A stretch of 56,418 nucleotides of DNA, counting the filler, from Sphacelaria rigidula (Eukaryota): NCBI GenBank assembly GCA_964200075.2. It is 5 parts of 5 records of this genome, joined end to end, with 100 filler letters (N's around TTAATTAATTAA, not from the genome) between each part and the next. Parts side by side here need not be neighbours in the genome. Positions count along the whole stretch, not along the records: positions 1 to 11,206 come from CAXNAA020005240.1; 4 more parts are not named here. One strand, 5' to 3'. This document shows, piece after piece, positions 1 to 10,310 of this stretch; within the stretch, counting starts at the first letter, position 1, and every line of letters begins with the position of its first letter. Both the position numbers and the translations under genes were made by a program. The notes beneath the pieces were generated by a model. The model was not told the DNA's origin, did not search any database, and saw only the letters and a list, made by a program, of their open reading frames with translations.

Positions 1-6
1 CCTGCC

Positions 7-417
7 ATGTCGGACGCCCCGAAGGCTCCGCCCCTTGAGCCTGTTCATGTTCCTTACGAAAAGACCTGCCAGGATACTCAAATCACCGTCTATTTCTCAA
101 AGCAGGAATCAGTCCTTTCCTCTTATGCGGTTCGCTCGCTCAACACGGCTGGCGACCAGCTTGCCGGATGCGCCGTATCGGACATCGAGGCTAGTGTCGT
201 ATCAGCCGATGCTATCGACGACATGGCGGCCACCAGCCTGTCTGAAGCTCGCGCCGCCGTGGTGCTGGAAGCCCTGAACGCCCGTGGAATCCGCGCGCGT
301 GACATTCGCACGGCCTTTGTGTCGGCCGCTGAAGCCAACCCGTCAGATGCCCTCACATTCCCTATGGCGCGCCGCGTCGATCTTACCGTGACGGCCGCCA
401 CCGGCTACGGCCTGTAG
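7..417 (+). CDS. OmpA C-terminal-like domain protein, possibly 5'-truncated at the scaffold edge
   Basis: VYF...S.LS, LSEARAAVV..AL..RGI and RRVDLTV match the OmpA-like peptidoglycan-binding pattern; frame is open to position 1. Confidence 0.55.
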   Translation: MSDAPKAPPLEPVHVPYEKTCQDTQITVYFSKQESVLSSYAVRSLNTAGDQLAGCAVSDIEASVVSADAIDDMAATSLSEARAAVVLEALNARGIRARDIRTAFVSAAEANPSDALTFPMARRVDLTVTAATGYGL

Positions 418-642
418 GCCTACAAATTTTCCTCCCGGAAAGTCCAGGATTCCTCACCGCGTCCTGGAGCCCCTCGCCCCGAGCGCCTTGCAGCGTGTTC
501 GGGGCGTTCTTTTTGACGGACTGCCCTGTTATTTAAGGCGTCACAATTCTTTCCTTTCCGGCGCGCATCGCTAAAAGGTGCAGGGCAACCGGGCACACGG
601 CCCGACCTGCCCGCAACGCTATTTGGGAAAGACCGCATCTCC

Positions 643-2373
643 ATGACGCAAACCCGGCGCATTCTCGTTACGTCCGCCCTGCCTTATATCAACGGCATCA
701 AGCATCTCGGTAATCTGGCAGGCTCCATGCTGCCGGCGGATGTATATTCCCGCGTGATGCGACTGATGGGCCATGACGTGACCTATATCTGCGCCACAGA
801 CGAGCATGGCACGCCAGCTGAACTGGCTGCCCAGGCCGCCGAGATGAGCGTCCAGGCCTATTGCGACGAGCAGTACGAGATACAGCGCGCCGCAGGCGAG
901 GGTTTCAACCTGTCCTATGACTGGTTTGGACGCTCCTCCCGCCCTGCCAACAGCGCACTGACCCAGCATTTCGCGCAAGTTCTGGAACAGAACGGCCTGA
1001 TCGAAGAGCGCACATCCAAACAGGTCTATTCTGTCGATGATGGCCGCTTCCTGCCCGACCGCTACGTCGAGGGCACCTGCCCGACCTGTGGCTTCGAAAA
1101 GGCGCGCGGCGACCAGTGCGACAATTGCGGACGGCTCCTGGACCCGGTCGACCTGATTGACCCGTATTCCTCGGTCTCCGGCAGCAAGAATATCGAAATC
1201 CGCGACACCAACCATCTCTACCTGCTGCAAACGCAGATGCAGGACAAGATTCGCGACTGGGTGAACAGCAAGGGCGCCCAATGGCCTGGCCTTGCCGTTT
1301 CCATCGCCAACAAATGGCTGGATGAGGGCCTGATCGCCCGCGCCATCACGCGCGATCTGAGCTGGGGCGTGCCGGTGCTGGACGCCGATGGCAATCCGCG
1401 TCCGGGCTATGAAGACAAGGTCTTCTATGTCTGGTTCGACGCGCCTATCGAATACATCGCGGCCACGCAGGAATGGGCCGAAGCGACCGGGAATGATTGG
1501 GAAGCCCTCTGGCGCACCGACAAGGGCGCCGACGAAACTGAGTACGTCCAGTTCATGGGCAAGGACAATGTCGCCTTCCACACGGTCAGCTTCCCCGTGA
1601 CGCTGCTCGGCTCCGGAGAACCATGGAAGACGGTCGACAAGCTGAAGGCCTTCAATTGGGTCACTTGGTATGGCGGCAAGTTCTCGACGTCGAACAAGCG
1701 CGGCGTCTTCATGGACCAGGCGCTGGAATTGCTGCCAGCCGATTACTGGCGGTGGTATCTGATCGCCAATGCCCCAGAAGGCTCGGATGCTGCCTTCACC
1801 TGGGAAGGTTTCCAATCTGCGGTGAATTCCGACCTCGCCAACGTACTCGGTAATTTCGTAAACCGGATCACCAAGTACACGGTGTCAAAGTTCGACGGCA
1901 AGGTTCCGGAGACGGGCGAAGCCGGCGACGCCGAAGCGTGGATGACGGCGGAACTGCAGGAGCGCCTGCCACGTCTGATCGAACATTATGAGGCGATGGA
2001 GTTCCGCAAGGCCGCCGCCGAGACCCGCGCGATCTGGGCAGCCGGCAATGAGTATCTTACCAAGGCCGAGCCGTGGGTAAAGTACAAGTCAGATGTGGAT
2101 GCGGCTGCTGTCGGCGTACGCACGGGCCTGAACCTCGCGGCCCTGTTTGGTATTCTCGCACTGCCGATCATTCCTGACGCGGGCAAGAAAATTCTCGATG
2201 CGCTCGGTATTCCCGACGAGCATCGGAGCTTCAGGTTCCGCGACATTCCCGGCCTGTTGAACAGCCTGCCTCCGGGCATGGACATTTCTCCGCCGGACGT
2301 GTTGTTCCAGAAGATCGAAGACAGCCAGGTCGAAGAGTGGACCGAACGTTTTGGCGGAAGTGATCAGGCCTGA
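643..2373 (+). CDS. metG: Methionine--tRNA ligase
   Basis: TSALPYINGIKHLGN (HIGH-like), DEHG, CPTC...GDQCDNCG zinc knuckles, YVWFDAPIEY, GKDN, KFSTS (KMSKS-like); 576 aa, no C-terminal tRNA-binding appendix. Confidence 0.97.
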   Translation: MTQTRRILVTSALPYINGIKHLGNLAGSMLPADVYSRVMRLMGHDVTYICATDEHGTPAELAAQAAEMSVQAYCDEQYEIQRAAGEGFNLSYDWFGRSSRPANSALTQHFAQVLEQNGLIEERTSKQVYSVDDGRFLPDRYVEGTCPTCGFEKARGDQCDNCGRLLDPVDLIDPYSSVSGSKNIEIRDTNHLYLLQTQMQDKIRDWVNSKGAQWPGLAVSIANKWLDEGLIARAITRDLSWGVPVLDADGNPRPGYEDKVFYVWFDAPIEYIAATQEWAEATGNDWEALWRTDKGADETEYVQFMGKDNVAFHTVSFPVTLLGSGEPWKTVDKLKAFNWVTWYGGKFSTSNKRGVFMDQALELLPADYWRWYLIANAPEGSDAAFTWEGFQSAVNSDLANVLGNFVNRITKYTVSKFDGKVPETGEAGDAEAWMTAELQERLPRLIEHYEAMEFRKAAAETRAIWAAGNEYLTKAEPWVKYKSDVDAAAVGVRTGLNLAALFGILALPIIPDAGKKILDALGIPDEHRSFRFRDIPGLLNSLPPGMDISPPDVLFQKIEDSQVEEWTERFGGSDQA

Positions 2374-3056
2374 CGCTGGAATATGACGCTCAGATTGTTG
2401 GCCGGCATCTCGATGATTTTCGCGACGGACAGACCGACTTCTTCGGCTAGCGGGATGATCTGACGATCCAGGTCGCGGACTCCCCAAGCGGAATCTCGCG
2501 ATTGCAGGCTCTCGGTGAATGCCGCGTTGGACGGTGCGATCTCGCCGTTCCGCGCAAAGGGTCCGTACAGGAACAGCTTACCGCCGGGCTTCAAAAGTCT
2601 TCCAGCGCCCGCAATGAGGCCGAACGCAGCCTCGAAAGGCGCAATGTGAATCATGTTGATTGAGACTATGGCGTCCCAATAGCCGGGCCGTTCCACGTCT
2701 CCCCACTGACCTTTGGAAGCGTCTACGACGACAGGCCCCGCCAGTCGATCATGCGAACTGGCGTCTCTCCATGCCTTCTGGCTGGCGCGGCTCTCCGCAT
2801 CAATGTCGGAATAAGTCCAGTAGAGGTCGCCAAGCGCCTGGGTCAGGTAAGCCCCATGCTCGCCAGTGCCGGAAGCGACCTCGAGAACGTGCCCGCCTTT
2901 ACAGACATGGTCACGAAACACGCTGAGGATCGGGTCGCGATTGCGCGCAACAGATGGCGAGTACCGCCGACCGTCTCCCTCGGTGCCACGGGCCTCCAGA
3001 GCGACTGGTTTGCCGCTTTCGGACTTTGGGTAGTCCCCATCAGTCCCATTTGTCAT
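2364..3056 (-). CDS. DUF938-family SAM-dependent methyltransferase
   Basis: SPSVARNRDPIL, VLEVASGTGEH, NMIHIAPF, LFLYGPF, SN..F..SL..RD..WGVRD, MPANNL motifs. Confidence 0.9.
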   Translation of the reverse strand: MTNGTDGDYPKSESGKPVALEARGTEGDGRRYSPSVARNRDPILSVFRDHVCKGGHVLEVASGTGEHGAYLTQALGDLYWTYSDIDAESRASQKAWRDASSHDRLAGPVVVDASKGQWGDVERPGYWDAIVSINMIHIAPFEAAFGLIAGAGRLLKPGGKLFLYGPFARNGEIAPSNAAFTESLQSRDSAWGVRDLDRQIIPLAEEVGLSVAKIIEMPANNLSVIFQRQA

Positions 3057-4063
3057 CGGGTTTGCTCGAAGGGGTACATTTCCGTAGTTACGACCGCCTG
3101 CCCCAAACGGTTATAGCGTGGACCAACGGCTTTCTCCGGCAAGAAGAATGCATCCAGCCGCGCAACCATATCTTCCGACAATTGGACGCTGCCTGCCTGC
3201 CAGTTCTCTTCAAGATGAGCGAGGTTGGTCGTACCCGGGATCGGGAGAATGTTATCTCCCTTGGCGAGCGTCCAGGCGAGCGCCAATTGCGCCACTGAAC
3301 AGTCCACTTCTTTTGCGCAGGCCCGTGCCTCGTCCAACAGGGGCAGGTTCCGGGCATAGTTTTCTGGCGTGAAGCGCGGGAAGATGGATCCCCGCAAATC
3401 CGACTCATGGAATTTCGCCGGATCAACCGGCGGATCGGCAAGGAAGCCGCGCCCCACGGGCGAGAAGGCCACGAGCGCCACGCCCAGTTCTTCACACGCC
3501 GCCTTGATGGCGATTTCCGGGTTGCGAACCCAGAGGGAGTACTCGCTCTGCATAGCGGCTATCGGATGCACGGCGTGCGCGCGGCGCAAATCGGCTTCGC
3601 CCATTTCCGACAATCCGATCATGCGGATTTTGCCTTCTTGTACCAGGTCAGACAATGCGCCAACCGAGTCCTCGATCGGCACATTCGGATCCGGTCGGTG
3701 CATGTAGTAGAGATCAATCACGTCTGTCTGCAGGCGCTTCAGGCTGGCCTCGCAGGCGGCCTTTATGCTTTCCGGCCGCGCGTCCAGCGTCCGCTGGCCA
3801 CCGTCAAACCCCAACACACATTTGCTGGCGAGAAAGTAACTGTCCCTTCTATCCTTCAGGGCCTGCCCGATCAGCTCCTCGCTGCGCCCGAAGCCGTAGA
3901 GCGTTGCCGTGTCGAGAAAGTCGTAGCCGAGGTCCAAGGCGCGCACGAGCAAGCCCTTGGCTTCCGCTTCATCCATCGGCGGGCCATACGCATGCGTAAT
4001 GTTCATGCAACCAAGGCCAACCGGGTAAACCTCCCGGTCTCCAATACGTCGTTTCGCAGTCAT
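3053..4063 (-). CDS. Aldo/keto reductase (AKR13/YakC-like)
   Basis: GLGCM, DTATLYG, SLKRLQTDVIDLYYMHR, GKIRMIGLSE, QSEYSLW, PIPGT; 4-nt ATGA overlap with the DUF938 gene. Confidence 0.93.
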   Translation of the reverse strand: MTAKRRIGDREVYPVGLGCMNITHAYGPPMDEAEAKGLLVRALDLGYDFLDTATLYGFGRSEELIGQALKDRRDSYFLASKCVLGFDGGQRTLDARPESIKAACEASLKRLQTDVIDLYYMHRPDPNVPIEDSVGALSDLVQEGKIRMIGLSEMGEADLRRAHAVHPIAAMQSEYSLWVRNPEIAIKAACEELGVALVAFSPVGRGFLADPPVDPAKFHESDLRGSIFPRFTPENYARNLPLLDEARACAKEVDCSVAQLALAWTLAKGDNILPIPGTTNLAHLEENWQAGSVQLSEDMVARLDAFFLPEKAVGPRYNRLGQAVVTTEMYPFEQTR

Positions 4064-4074
4064 GCTTTGGGTCC

Positions 4075-5817
4075 TTATGAGACGAACTGTTCCCGAAGGA
4101 CGGGCTTGAGGATCTTGCCATTCGCGTTGCGTGGCAGGGGCTCGGTCATGAAGAGGACCTTCACGGGTACCTTGAACGCAGCCAGGTGACTGGCGGCATG
4201 CGCTCTCAACTCATCTTCGGTAACATGCATGCCGGGTTTCAGTTGCACGACAGCGCCGACTTCCTCCCCAAGAATCTTGTGTGGGATGCCGACGACCGCC
4301 GCGTCCATCACAGCCGGGTGCTCATAAAGGGCATTCTCGACTTCGATACAGTAGACGTTCTCACCACCGCGGATCAGCATGTCCTTGGCTCGGTCAACGA
4401 GAAAGAGGAAGCCCTCTTCATCCAGACGCGCAAGGTCTCCTGTCACGACCCAGCCATCGCGGAAAGTCTCGGCAGTCGCTTCCGGTCGGTTCCAATAGGC
4501 CTTGCAGTTCATCGCGCCCTTACACCAGAGTTCACCAACTTCGCCCTGTGGCACAGGATTGCCATCAGGATCGCAGATTTTCAGCTCAACGGCTTTGGGC
4601 GGCGCCCCGGCACTGCCCGGACGGTTCACATAGTCTTCGCCGATGTTCAGCGTTGCCGTGGCACACGTTTCCGTCATGCCCCAGCCATTGCCAGGGGCCG
4701 CATCCGGGAAGCGCTTCTTGATGGTCGAGACAAGCTCCGGCGCCGACGGTGCGCCACCATAGGAAATAGCGGCGATAGAGGACAAATCATATTTGTCCCT
4801 GTCCGGATGTTCAAGCAATTGCCAGGCAATGGCAGGGACACCCCCGACAGCCGTAACCTTTTCTTCCTCGATGATCGGCAGGGCCTTACCCGCATCCCAC
4901 TTGTACATGGAGACAATCTTGTCGCCGCGCAGCAGGGATGGGATCAGGATCGCGAAAGCCCCTGTGGCATGAAAAAACGGAATCGCCAGCAAGGTCGCGC
5001 GCTGTTCGTTTGGATCAGGCTCAGGTACAGGTTCGCCCTTGCGCAGGAACATACGGGCCTGGCAGGTCATGGAATTGAACATGTTGGAAACAACCGCGCG
5101 ATGGGTGGCCAATGCGCCCTTTGGTTTCCCGGTCGTTCCCGACGTGTACATGATCGTTGCGTTGTCTTCCGGCTCCAGATCAATAGCTGGCCACGACACT
5201 GCTGGCAGATTGGCCCATTCATTGGCCCCGCCAACATATGTTTCCATCCGTGACACGCGCGGGTCGCCATACTCACCTTCTGGGTCGCGCGCGATGATGA
5301 CGTTTTTCAGGTCCGGCAACTTTTCCCATTCCGTCCTGACACGCTCATAGATTTGTGGGTCAACGAAGGCGAGCTTCACGCCGGCGAAAGACAGACCGTA
5401 TTCGAGCTCTTCACTCGTCCACCAGGAGTTCATTGGGGTGGCAATGGCGCCAAGCATGGAGGCAGCGAAGAAGGCGACGGGCCATTGCGGATAGTTACGC
5501 ATGACGATGGCGACGCGGTCACCCTTCTCGATACCATACGTGTCGCGCATGACGGCAGCGAGTTTGATGACGGCTCGGGCGAGGGCATCAAATGTCACGC
5601 GCTCATCTTCATATACAATGAAGTCACGGTCGGCGTATTGCATGCTGGCGAGTTGAAGCACCAGTGGAATGGTCGGCGGCGCATTCTTGTAGATCTTCAT
5701 TTCGACGCCATTGATGACAGCGTCCATGAGCTCTAGCGGGGAACCTTCGGCCGCGAGCATCTCATTCGCCTGAGCGATGGACATGGCGGGCCAGTTTGGC
5801 AAAGTGTCTGCGGGCAT
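4075..5817 (-). CDS. Long-chain fatty acid--CoA ligase (class I adenylate-forming enzyme)
   Basis: YTSGTTGKPKG, GWGMTET, TGDL, DRAKDMLIRGGENV, LPRNANGKILK; start set at ATG 5817 (MPADT...) because AGAGG lies just upstream. Confidence 0.92.
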   Translation of the reverse strand: MPADTLPNWPAMSIAQANEMLAAEGSPLELMDAVINGVEMKIYKNAPPTIPLVLQLASMQYADRDFIVYEDERVTFDALARAVIKLAAVMRDTYGIEKGDRVAIVMRNYPQWPVAFFAASMLGAIATPMNSWWTSEELEYGLSFAGVKLAFVDPQIYERVRTEWEKLPDLKNVIIARDPEGEYGDPRVSRMETYVGGANEWANLPAVSWPAIDLEPEDNATIMYTSGTTGKPKGALATHRAVVSNMFNSMTCQARMFLRKGEPVPEPDPNEQRATLLAIPFFHATGAFAILIPSLLRGDKIVSMYKWDAGKALPIIEEEKVTAVGGVPAIAWQLLEHPDRDKYDLSSIAAISYGGAPSAPELVSTIKKRFPDAAPGNGWGMTETCATATLNIGEDYVNRPGSAGAPPKAVELKICDPDGNPVPQGEVGELWCKGAMNCKAYWNRPEATAETFRDGWVVTGDLARLDEEGFLFLVDRAKDMLIRGGENVYCIEVENALYEHPAVMDAAVVGIPHKILGEEVGAVVQLKPGMHVTEDELRAHAASHLAAFKVPVKVLFMTEPLPRNANGKILKPVLREQFVS

Positions 5818-5942
5818 GGGTTTCCTCTGGATGTGTGTTTTGTCCACACAATCACGCCACCCCAAAGTATTGAAGGAAAAATTGACCGTTCATCCGACAA
5901 TTTTTCGAGAGCGGGGGCAAAATCATGTCCCAAAGCGCAGTA

Positions 5943-5990
5943 CGCCGCCGACACGCCCGTTCCGAAATAGAAACAGTCGTATCGACGGCG
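5943..5990 (-). other. Intergenic ~21-bp RNA stem-loop, stable only on the minus-strand transcript
   Basis: Minus strand CGCCGUCGAUACGACUGUUUC-UAUUUC-GGAACGGGCGUGUCGGCGGCG pairs with four G-U wobbles and one mismatch; no downstream U-tract. Confidence 0.5.
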
Positions 5991-6016
5991 AAAAATTCTG
6001 GATTGATTAAGAGCGG

Positions 6017-6670
6017 TTACTTGCCGAAATCGCAGAAACGCAGCGCGTGGTTGGTGCCATCCGGCTCGACAGCATCGTAGCTGCGTCCGGTCAGCTCATC
6101 GCCCTCACAGAGATAGCCGATCTGGTACATGGCGATCAGTGTCTCATTGTCAGGCGTCAGGTCGCTGGCAATCATGAGATCGATAGCATCCTCATGGCGG
6201 CCCAGTTGCATCAGTATATCGAACTTTTGCTGGCGAGTGGTTTCGGGCTGGTTCAACACCGTCATCAGCGAATCTGCCTTGCCACGCGCCGTCGCGAGCG
6301 CAGGCACTGCCTTGGCATACACCGCTGTATCGTCGAGCGTGTTCACGATTTCTTCGAAATCCTCGATCGCGCCCATGACATCATAGCCTGACTGGCTGGC
6401 ACGCAGCTCGCCGCGGCGCAGGAGTGTCTCGGCAAGTTGCTCTCGCGACAGTTCTGGATCGCCTGAAAGCTGGGTCAGGCGGTCGATGGCGGTCTGAGTG
6501 TTGCCAGCCTCCTCCAGACCCTCAACCGTGGTCATCGCCAGCGCGTAGCTGGACATGGTTTCAGTCATTGGTGCGACTGTGGCACCCGTTGCCTCGGTCG
6601 AGCCGGACGTGGAAGAACAAGCTGCAAGTGCCAGAGCGGAAGCAGCAGCGATTAGGCCGGAACGAATCAT
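6017..6670 (-). CDS. Putative lipoprotein with TPR-like helical hairpin (paralog 1)
   Basis: Signal peptide with lipobox LAAC; LLRRGELR...GAIEDFEEI; GYLCE...FCD at C-terminus; GGAG SD. Confidence 0.75.
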   Translation of the reverse strand: MIRSGLIAAASALALAACSSTSGSTEATGATVAPMTETMSSYALAMTTVEGLEEAGNTQTAIDRLTQLSGDPELSREQLAETLLRRGELRASQSGYDVMGAIEDFEEIVNTLDDTAVYAKAVPALATARGKADSLMTVLNQPETTRQQKFDILMQLGRHEDAIDLMIASDLTPDNETLIAMYQIGYLCEGDELTGRSYDAVEPDGTNHALRFCDFGK

Positions 6671-6768
6671 GGGACATCTCCAACAGGGAACAGAAGAAAT
6701 TCAGTGCCTAGTCGTAGTCGCTCAAGGCGTGCGCTGACAGGGCGGTAATGTGGATTTTATGTGACCTT

Positions 6769-7380
6769 TCAACGGGTCAGGTCTGCACACCATTCCAGCC
6801 CGGTGAGATCATCCCGGTCTTCACCGAACTCGTGCAAGCGGACATCCGACTCGCCTGCCTCACAGATATAGCCTGCGGCGACCAGTGTTTCGACCTGCTC
6901 AGGGGTCGGCGGCAAGCCTGACGATCGATAGCGCGCAACGGCCTCTTCATGGCCACCCAAAGTCCAAGTTCCGTCAAACCATTGAGCGAGCGTAAGGAAC
7001 CGGTTCATCGACACCTTGATTTGCTCTACATCGGTGCGGACATAATCGAGTTCCGTTCGCGCATTCGCCGCAAGGGCGTGATCCGGCGCGATCTTCAACA
7101 GGGCTTCGAAATCTTCAATCGCGCCCAGCCGGTTATCTGCCGCCTGTCGGCGCAAGCTGCCCCGATGATACAAAGCCTGGACGCGTTGCTCGGCCGTCAG
7201 CGAATTGCGAGCGAGCAATTCGCTTAACATCGCTTCGGCGTCGTACGGGTTAGAATCCGCCAATGCCTGCGCAATGACCGTTTCCGGTGGCGGCCCTGTA
7301 TCGGCTGCTTCCGGCGCAGTGGCGCAGGCAGCCAGCAATAGCGCGGCGCTGATCGAAGTATAGAATGGAAAGCGTCTCAT
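6769..7380 (-). CDS. Putative lipoprotein with TPR-like helical hairpin (paralog 2)
   Basis: Start at ATG 7380 gives MRRFPF...LLLAAC lipobox and avoids overlap with dxs; LYHRGSLR...GAIEDFEAL; GYICE...WCAD. Confidence 0.75.
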   Translation of the reverse strand: MRRFPFYTSISAALLLAACATAPEAADTGPPPETVIAQALADSNPYDAEAMLSELLARNSLTAEQRVQALYHRGSLRRQAADNRLGAIEDFEALLKIAPDHALAANARTELDYVRTDVEQIKVSMNRFLTLAQWFDGTWTLGGHEEAVARYRSSGLPPTPEQVETLVAAGYICEAGESDVRLHEFGEDRDDLTGLEWCADLTR

Positions 7381-7435
7381 GCGCGGCACATAAGACCGGT
7401 TCGCCGTGCGCCGCAAATTGCTTTTCAGATAGATA

Positions 7436-9358
7436 TCAGGCCCGGGCCAACCGGTTGATCTCGGCAATGTCACCGCGGCCCAGAGCTTCAATCGCCTTGG
7501 CGGCAATGTGACGGGCATTAAGGCCAGCCGTTTCATACATCTGGTATGGGCTATCCTGATCCTGGAAGACATCTGGCAGCGTCATTGGGCGGATTTTCAG
7601 GCCAGTGTCGAGCGCGCCTACGCGGGCCAGGTGTTCCAGCACAAAGCTGCCGAAGCCGCCCGTCGCACCTTCTTCGATAGTGACCAGAACCTCATGCTCT
7701 CGCGCCAATCGTTCGACCAGTTCGGCGTCCAGCGGCTTGGCAAAGCGCGCATCCGCAACCGTGGCAGACAAGCCCTGCGCAGCCAGCATTTCAGCAGCCT
7801 TTTCAGCTTCGCCCAAGCGCGTGCCGTAAGACAGTATCGCAATCGTCGTGCCTTCGCGAATAATCCGGCCCTTGCCGATTTCGAGCGGCTCGGGGTTCTC
7901 CGGAACAGCCACGCCGGTGCCTTCACCGCGCGGATAGCGAAAGGCGGATGGGCCATCGTCGATCTGCGCCGAGGTCACGACCATGCGCGCGAGTTCTGCT
8001 TCGTCTGCAGCTGCCATACATATCATGCCCGGCAGCGCACCAAGATATCCGATATCAAAGCTGCCCGCATGCGTTGCGCCATCAGCGCCAACAAGGCCTG
8101 CGCGGTCGATCGCAAACCGGACCGGCAATTTCTGGATCGCCACATCATGCACGACCTGATCGTAGCCGCGCTGCAGGAAGGTAGAATAGATCGCCGCGAA
8201 CGGTTTCATGCCGTCTGCCGCAAGGCCAGCGGCGAACGTCACAGCATGCTGTTCGGCAATGCCCACATCGAAATGGCGGTCCGGGAATTTCTTGGCGAAA
8301 ATGTCGGTCGATGTGCCGGACGGCATGGCAGCCGTGATCGCGCAAATCTTGTCGTCAGTTTCTCCGAGTTTCGCCAAGGTCTGGCCAAACACTTTCTGGT
8401 AATTTGGCGCCTTGGGTTTTGGCTTCGATTGCTCGCCGGTGATTACGGAGAACTTCGAGACCCCGTGATATTTGTCCGCCGAATTTTCGGCCGGCGCATA
8501 GCCTTTGCCCTTTTGGGTAACGACGTGGATCAGGATCGGGCCGTCCTTCATCGCTTTCACATTCTCGAGAACCGGGAGAAGCGTATCGAGATCGTGACCA
8601 TCGATCGGCCCGACATAATAGAAGCCGAGTTCCTCGAACAGCGTGCCGCCCATGGCAAAGCCGCGCAAATACTCCTCCGCGCGCCTGGCCGGACTTTCCA
8701 GCCCGATGGGCGTGACCACTTTTTTGGCGATCCGACGCAAACCGCGATAGGGCCGCGAAGATACGAGTTTAGACAAGTAATTGCTCATCGCGCCGACCGG
8801 AGGCGCAATCGACATGTCATTATCGTTCAGGATTACGATCAGGCGGGATTTGTCCGCGCCGGCATTGTTCATGGCCTCATAGGCCATGCCAGCAGACATG
8901 GATCCGTCACCAATCACGCAGACAACATGCGTGTCGCCGCCTTGCAGGTCGCGCGCCTTCGCAAAGCCATGTCCCGCAGAAATGGAGGTGGATGCGTGCG
9001 CAGCGCCAAACGGGTCGTATTCGCTCTCAGCACGTTTCGTGAAGCCTGACAGGCCGCCAGGCTGTCGCAGTGTGCGCATCTGGTCGCGACGCTCTGTCAG
9101 GATCTTGTGCGGATAGCATTGGTGGCCGACATCGAAGATCAGCTTGTCTGCCGGTGTATCGAAAACGGAATGGATCGCGAGCGTCAACTCCACGACACCC
9201 AGCCCCGACCCCAGGTGGCCACCCGTAACCGAAACCACATCGATGACTTCGTCGCGCACTTCATCTGCGAGTTGTTTCAATTCCGCCCGCGAGCGGCCTT
9301 TAAGGTCGGCAGGAGAATTGATTGCATCCAGCAAACGATTGGGGCGGGCGTCGGTCAT
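7436..9358 (-). CDS. dxs: 1-deoxy-D-xylulose-5-phosphate synthase
   Basis: [41 protein letters not shown] (TPP motif), [24 protein letters not shown]. Confidence 0.97.
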   Translation of the reverse strand: MTDARPNRLLDAINSPADLKGRSRAELKQLADEVRDEVIDVVSVTGGHLGSGLGVVELTLAIHSVFDTPADKLIFDVGHQCYPHKILTERRDQMRTLRQPGGLSGFTKRAESEYDPFGAAHASTSISAGHGFAKARDLQGGDTHVVCVIGDGSMSAGMAYEAMNNAGADKSRLIVILNDNDMSIAPPVGAMSNYLSKLVSSRPYRGLRRIAKKVVTPIGLESPARRAEEYLRGFAMGGTLFEELGFYYVGPIDGHDLDTLLPVLENVKAMKDGPILIHVVTQKGKGYAPAENSADKYHGVSKFSVITGEQSKPKPKAPNYQKVFGQTLAKLGETDDKICAITAAMPSGTSTDIFAKKFPDRHFDVGIAEQHAVTFAAGLAADGMKPFAAIYSTFLQRGYDQVVHDVAIQKLPVRFAIDRAGLVGADGATHAGSFDIGYLGALPGMICMAAADEAELARMVVTSAQIDDGPSAFRYPRGEGTGVAVPENPEPLEIGKGRIIREGTTIAILSYGTRLGEAEKAAEMLAAQGLSATVADARFAKPLDAELVERLAREHEVLVTIEEGATGGFGSFVLEHLARVGALDTGLKIRPMTLPDVFQDQDSPYQMYETAGLNARHIAAKAIEALGRGDIAEINRLARA

Positions 9359-9401
9359 TCCAGTTTAAGCTCGATCTTTGAATTGTTATTCTGACCAGAC
9401 C

Positions 9402-10298
9402 TTAATGCGTTCTATCGAGCACAAAATCGACTGATTGCAGCAGTATATGGGCCTTTTCGCGGAAAATTGCGAGGTGTTCCTTCGCCTGTGCGGCGAGAAT
9501 GCGCACCCGCTGGCGTGCGCCCTCAATGCCAAGAATGGTCACAAAATTCGCTTTTCCTGCCGCCTCGTCAGTGCGTAGGGGCTTTCCAGCGCTGTCCTCG
9601 CTGCCGGTCGCATCGAGCAAATCATCAGCAATCTGGTAGGCCAAGCCAAGATCATTGGAGAAGCCCGCCAGTGCGTTGCGTTCAGCTTCCCGGGCGCGGC
9701 CGACAATCGCCGCCGCTTCTGTCGCGTAGGAAATCAGCGCGCCCGTTTTGAGGCGTTGCATGCGTGTGATTGTGTTCAAATCCCGCGGGCTGTCAGATTC
9801 CAACATGTCGATCATCTGGCCGCCGACCATGCCGCGCGCGCCGGATGCATCGGCAAGCCGCTCGATCAGCATGGCCCTTACGGATGCATCATCATGGGTC
9901 TCGGTTGATGCCAGGATCTTGAAGGCCAATGTCAGCAGCGCGTCTCCGGCCAACACCGCAGTCGCTTCATCAAAAGCCTTGTGAACAGTCGGCTGGCCAC
10001 GCCGGAAATCATCATCATCCATGCAGGGAAGGTCATCATGGACGAGTGAATAGCAATGTACGCATTCAAGCGCCGCGGCAGCGCGCAGCAAGGTCTTCTC
10101 GGGCGCATCGAACATGGCGCCCGTTTCCAGCAGGAAGAAAGGCCGCATACGCTTGCCATTGGCCAGAGCGGCATGGCGCATCGCGCGCATCAAATTGGCT
10201 TCCGGGCCGCCTGCAGGCGGGATCAGCTGGTCAAGCGCAACGGTAACCCGGTCGGCCACCTCTTTCAGGCGCTGTTCGAACTCTTGGGCCTCGCCCAT
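9402..10298 (-). CDS. ispA: Farnesyl diphosphate synthase (polyprenyl synthetase)
   Basis: GKRMRP, SLVHDDLPCMDDDDFRRGQPTVH (FARM), GQMID, KTGAL, YQIADDLLD (SARM). Confidence 0.95.
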   Translation of the reverse strand: MGEAQEFEQRLKEVADRVTVALDQLIPPAGGPEANLMRAMRHAALANGKRMRPFFLLETGAMFDAPEKTLLRAAAALECVHCYSLVHDDLPCMDDDDFRRGQPTVHKAFDEATAVLAGDALLTLAFKILASTETHDDASVRAMLIERLADASGARGMVGGQMIDMLESDSPRDLNTITRMQRLKTGALISYATEAAAIVGRAREAERNALAGFSNDLGLAYQIADDLLDATGSEDSAGKPLRTDEAAGKANFVTILGIEGARQRVRILAAQAKEHLAIFREKAHILLQSVDFVLDRTH

Positions 10299-10310
10299 AT
10301 CGAGGCCCCT

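Noticed and set aside
3053..4063. AKR as yajO of the E. coli xseB-ispA-dxs-yajO operon
   Set aside because: Separated from dxs by three genes, and motifs look AKR13/YakC-like rather than YajO-like.
619..9049. Long antisense ORFs (619-1815, 3407-4189, 4186-5253, 7508-9049)
   Set aside because: Shadows of real genes in GC-rich DNA with no recognisable motifs.
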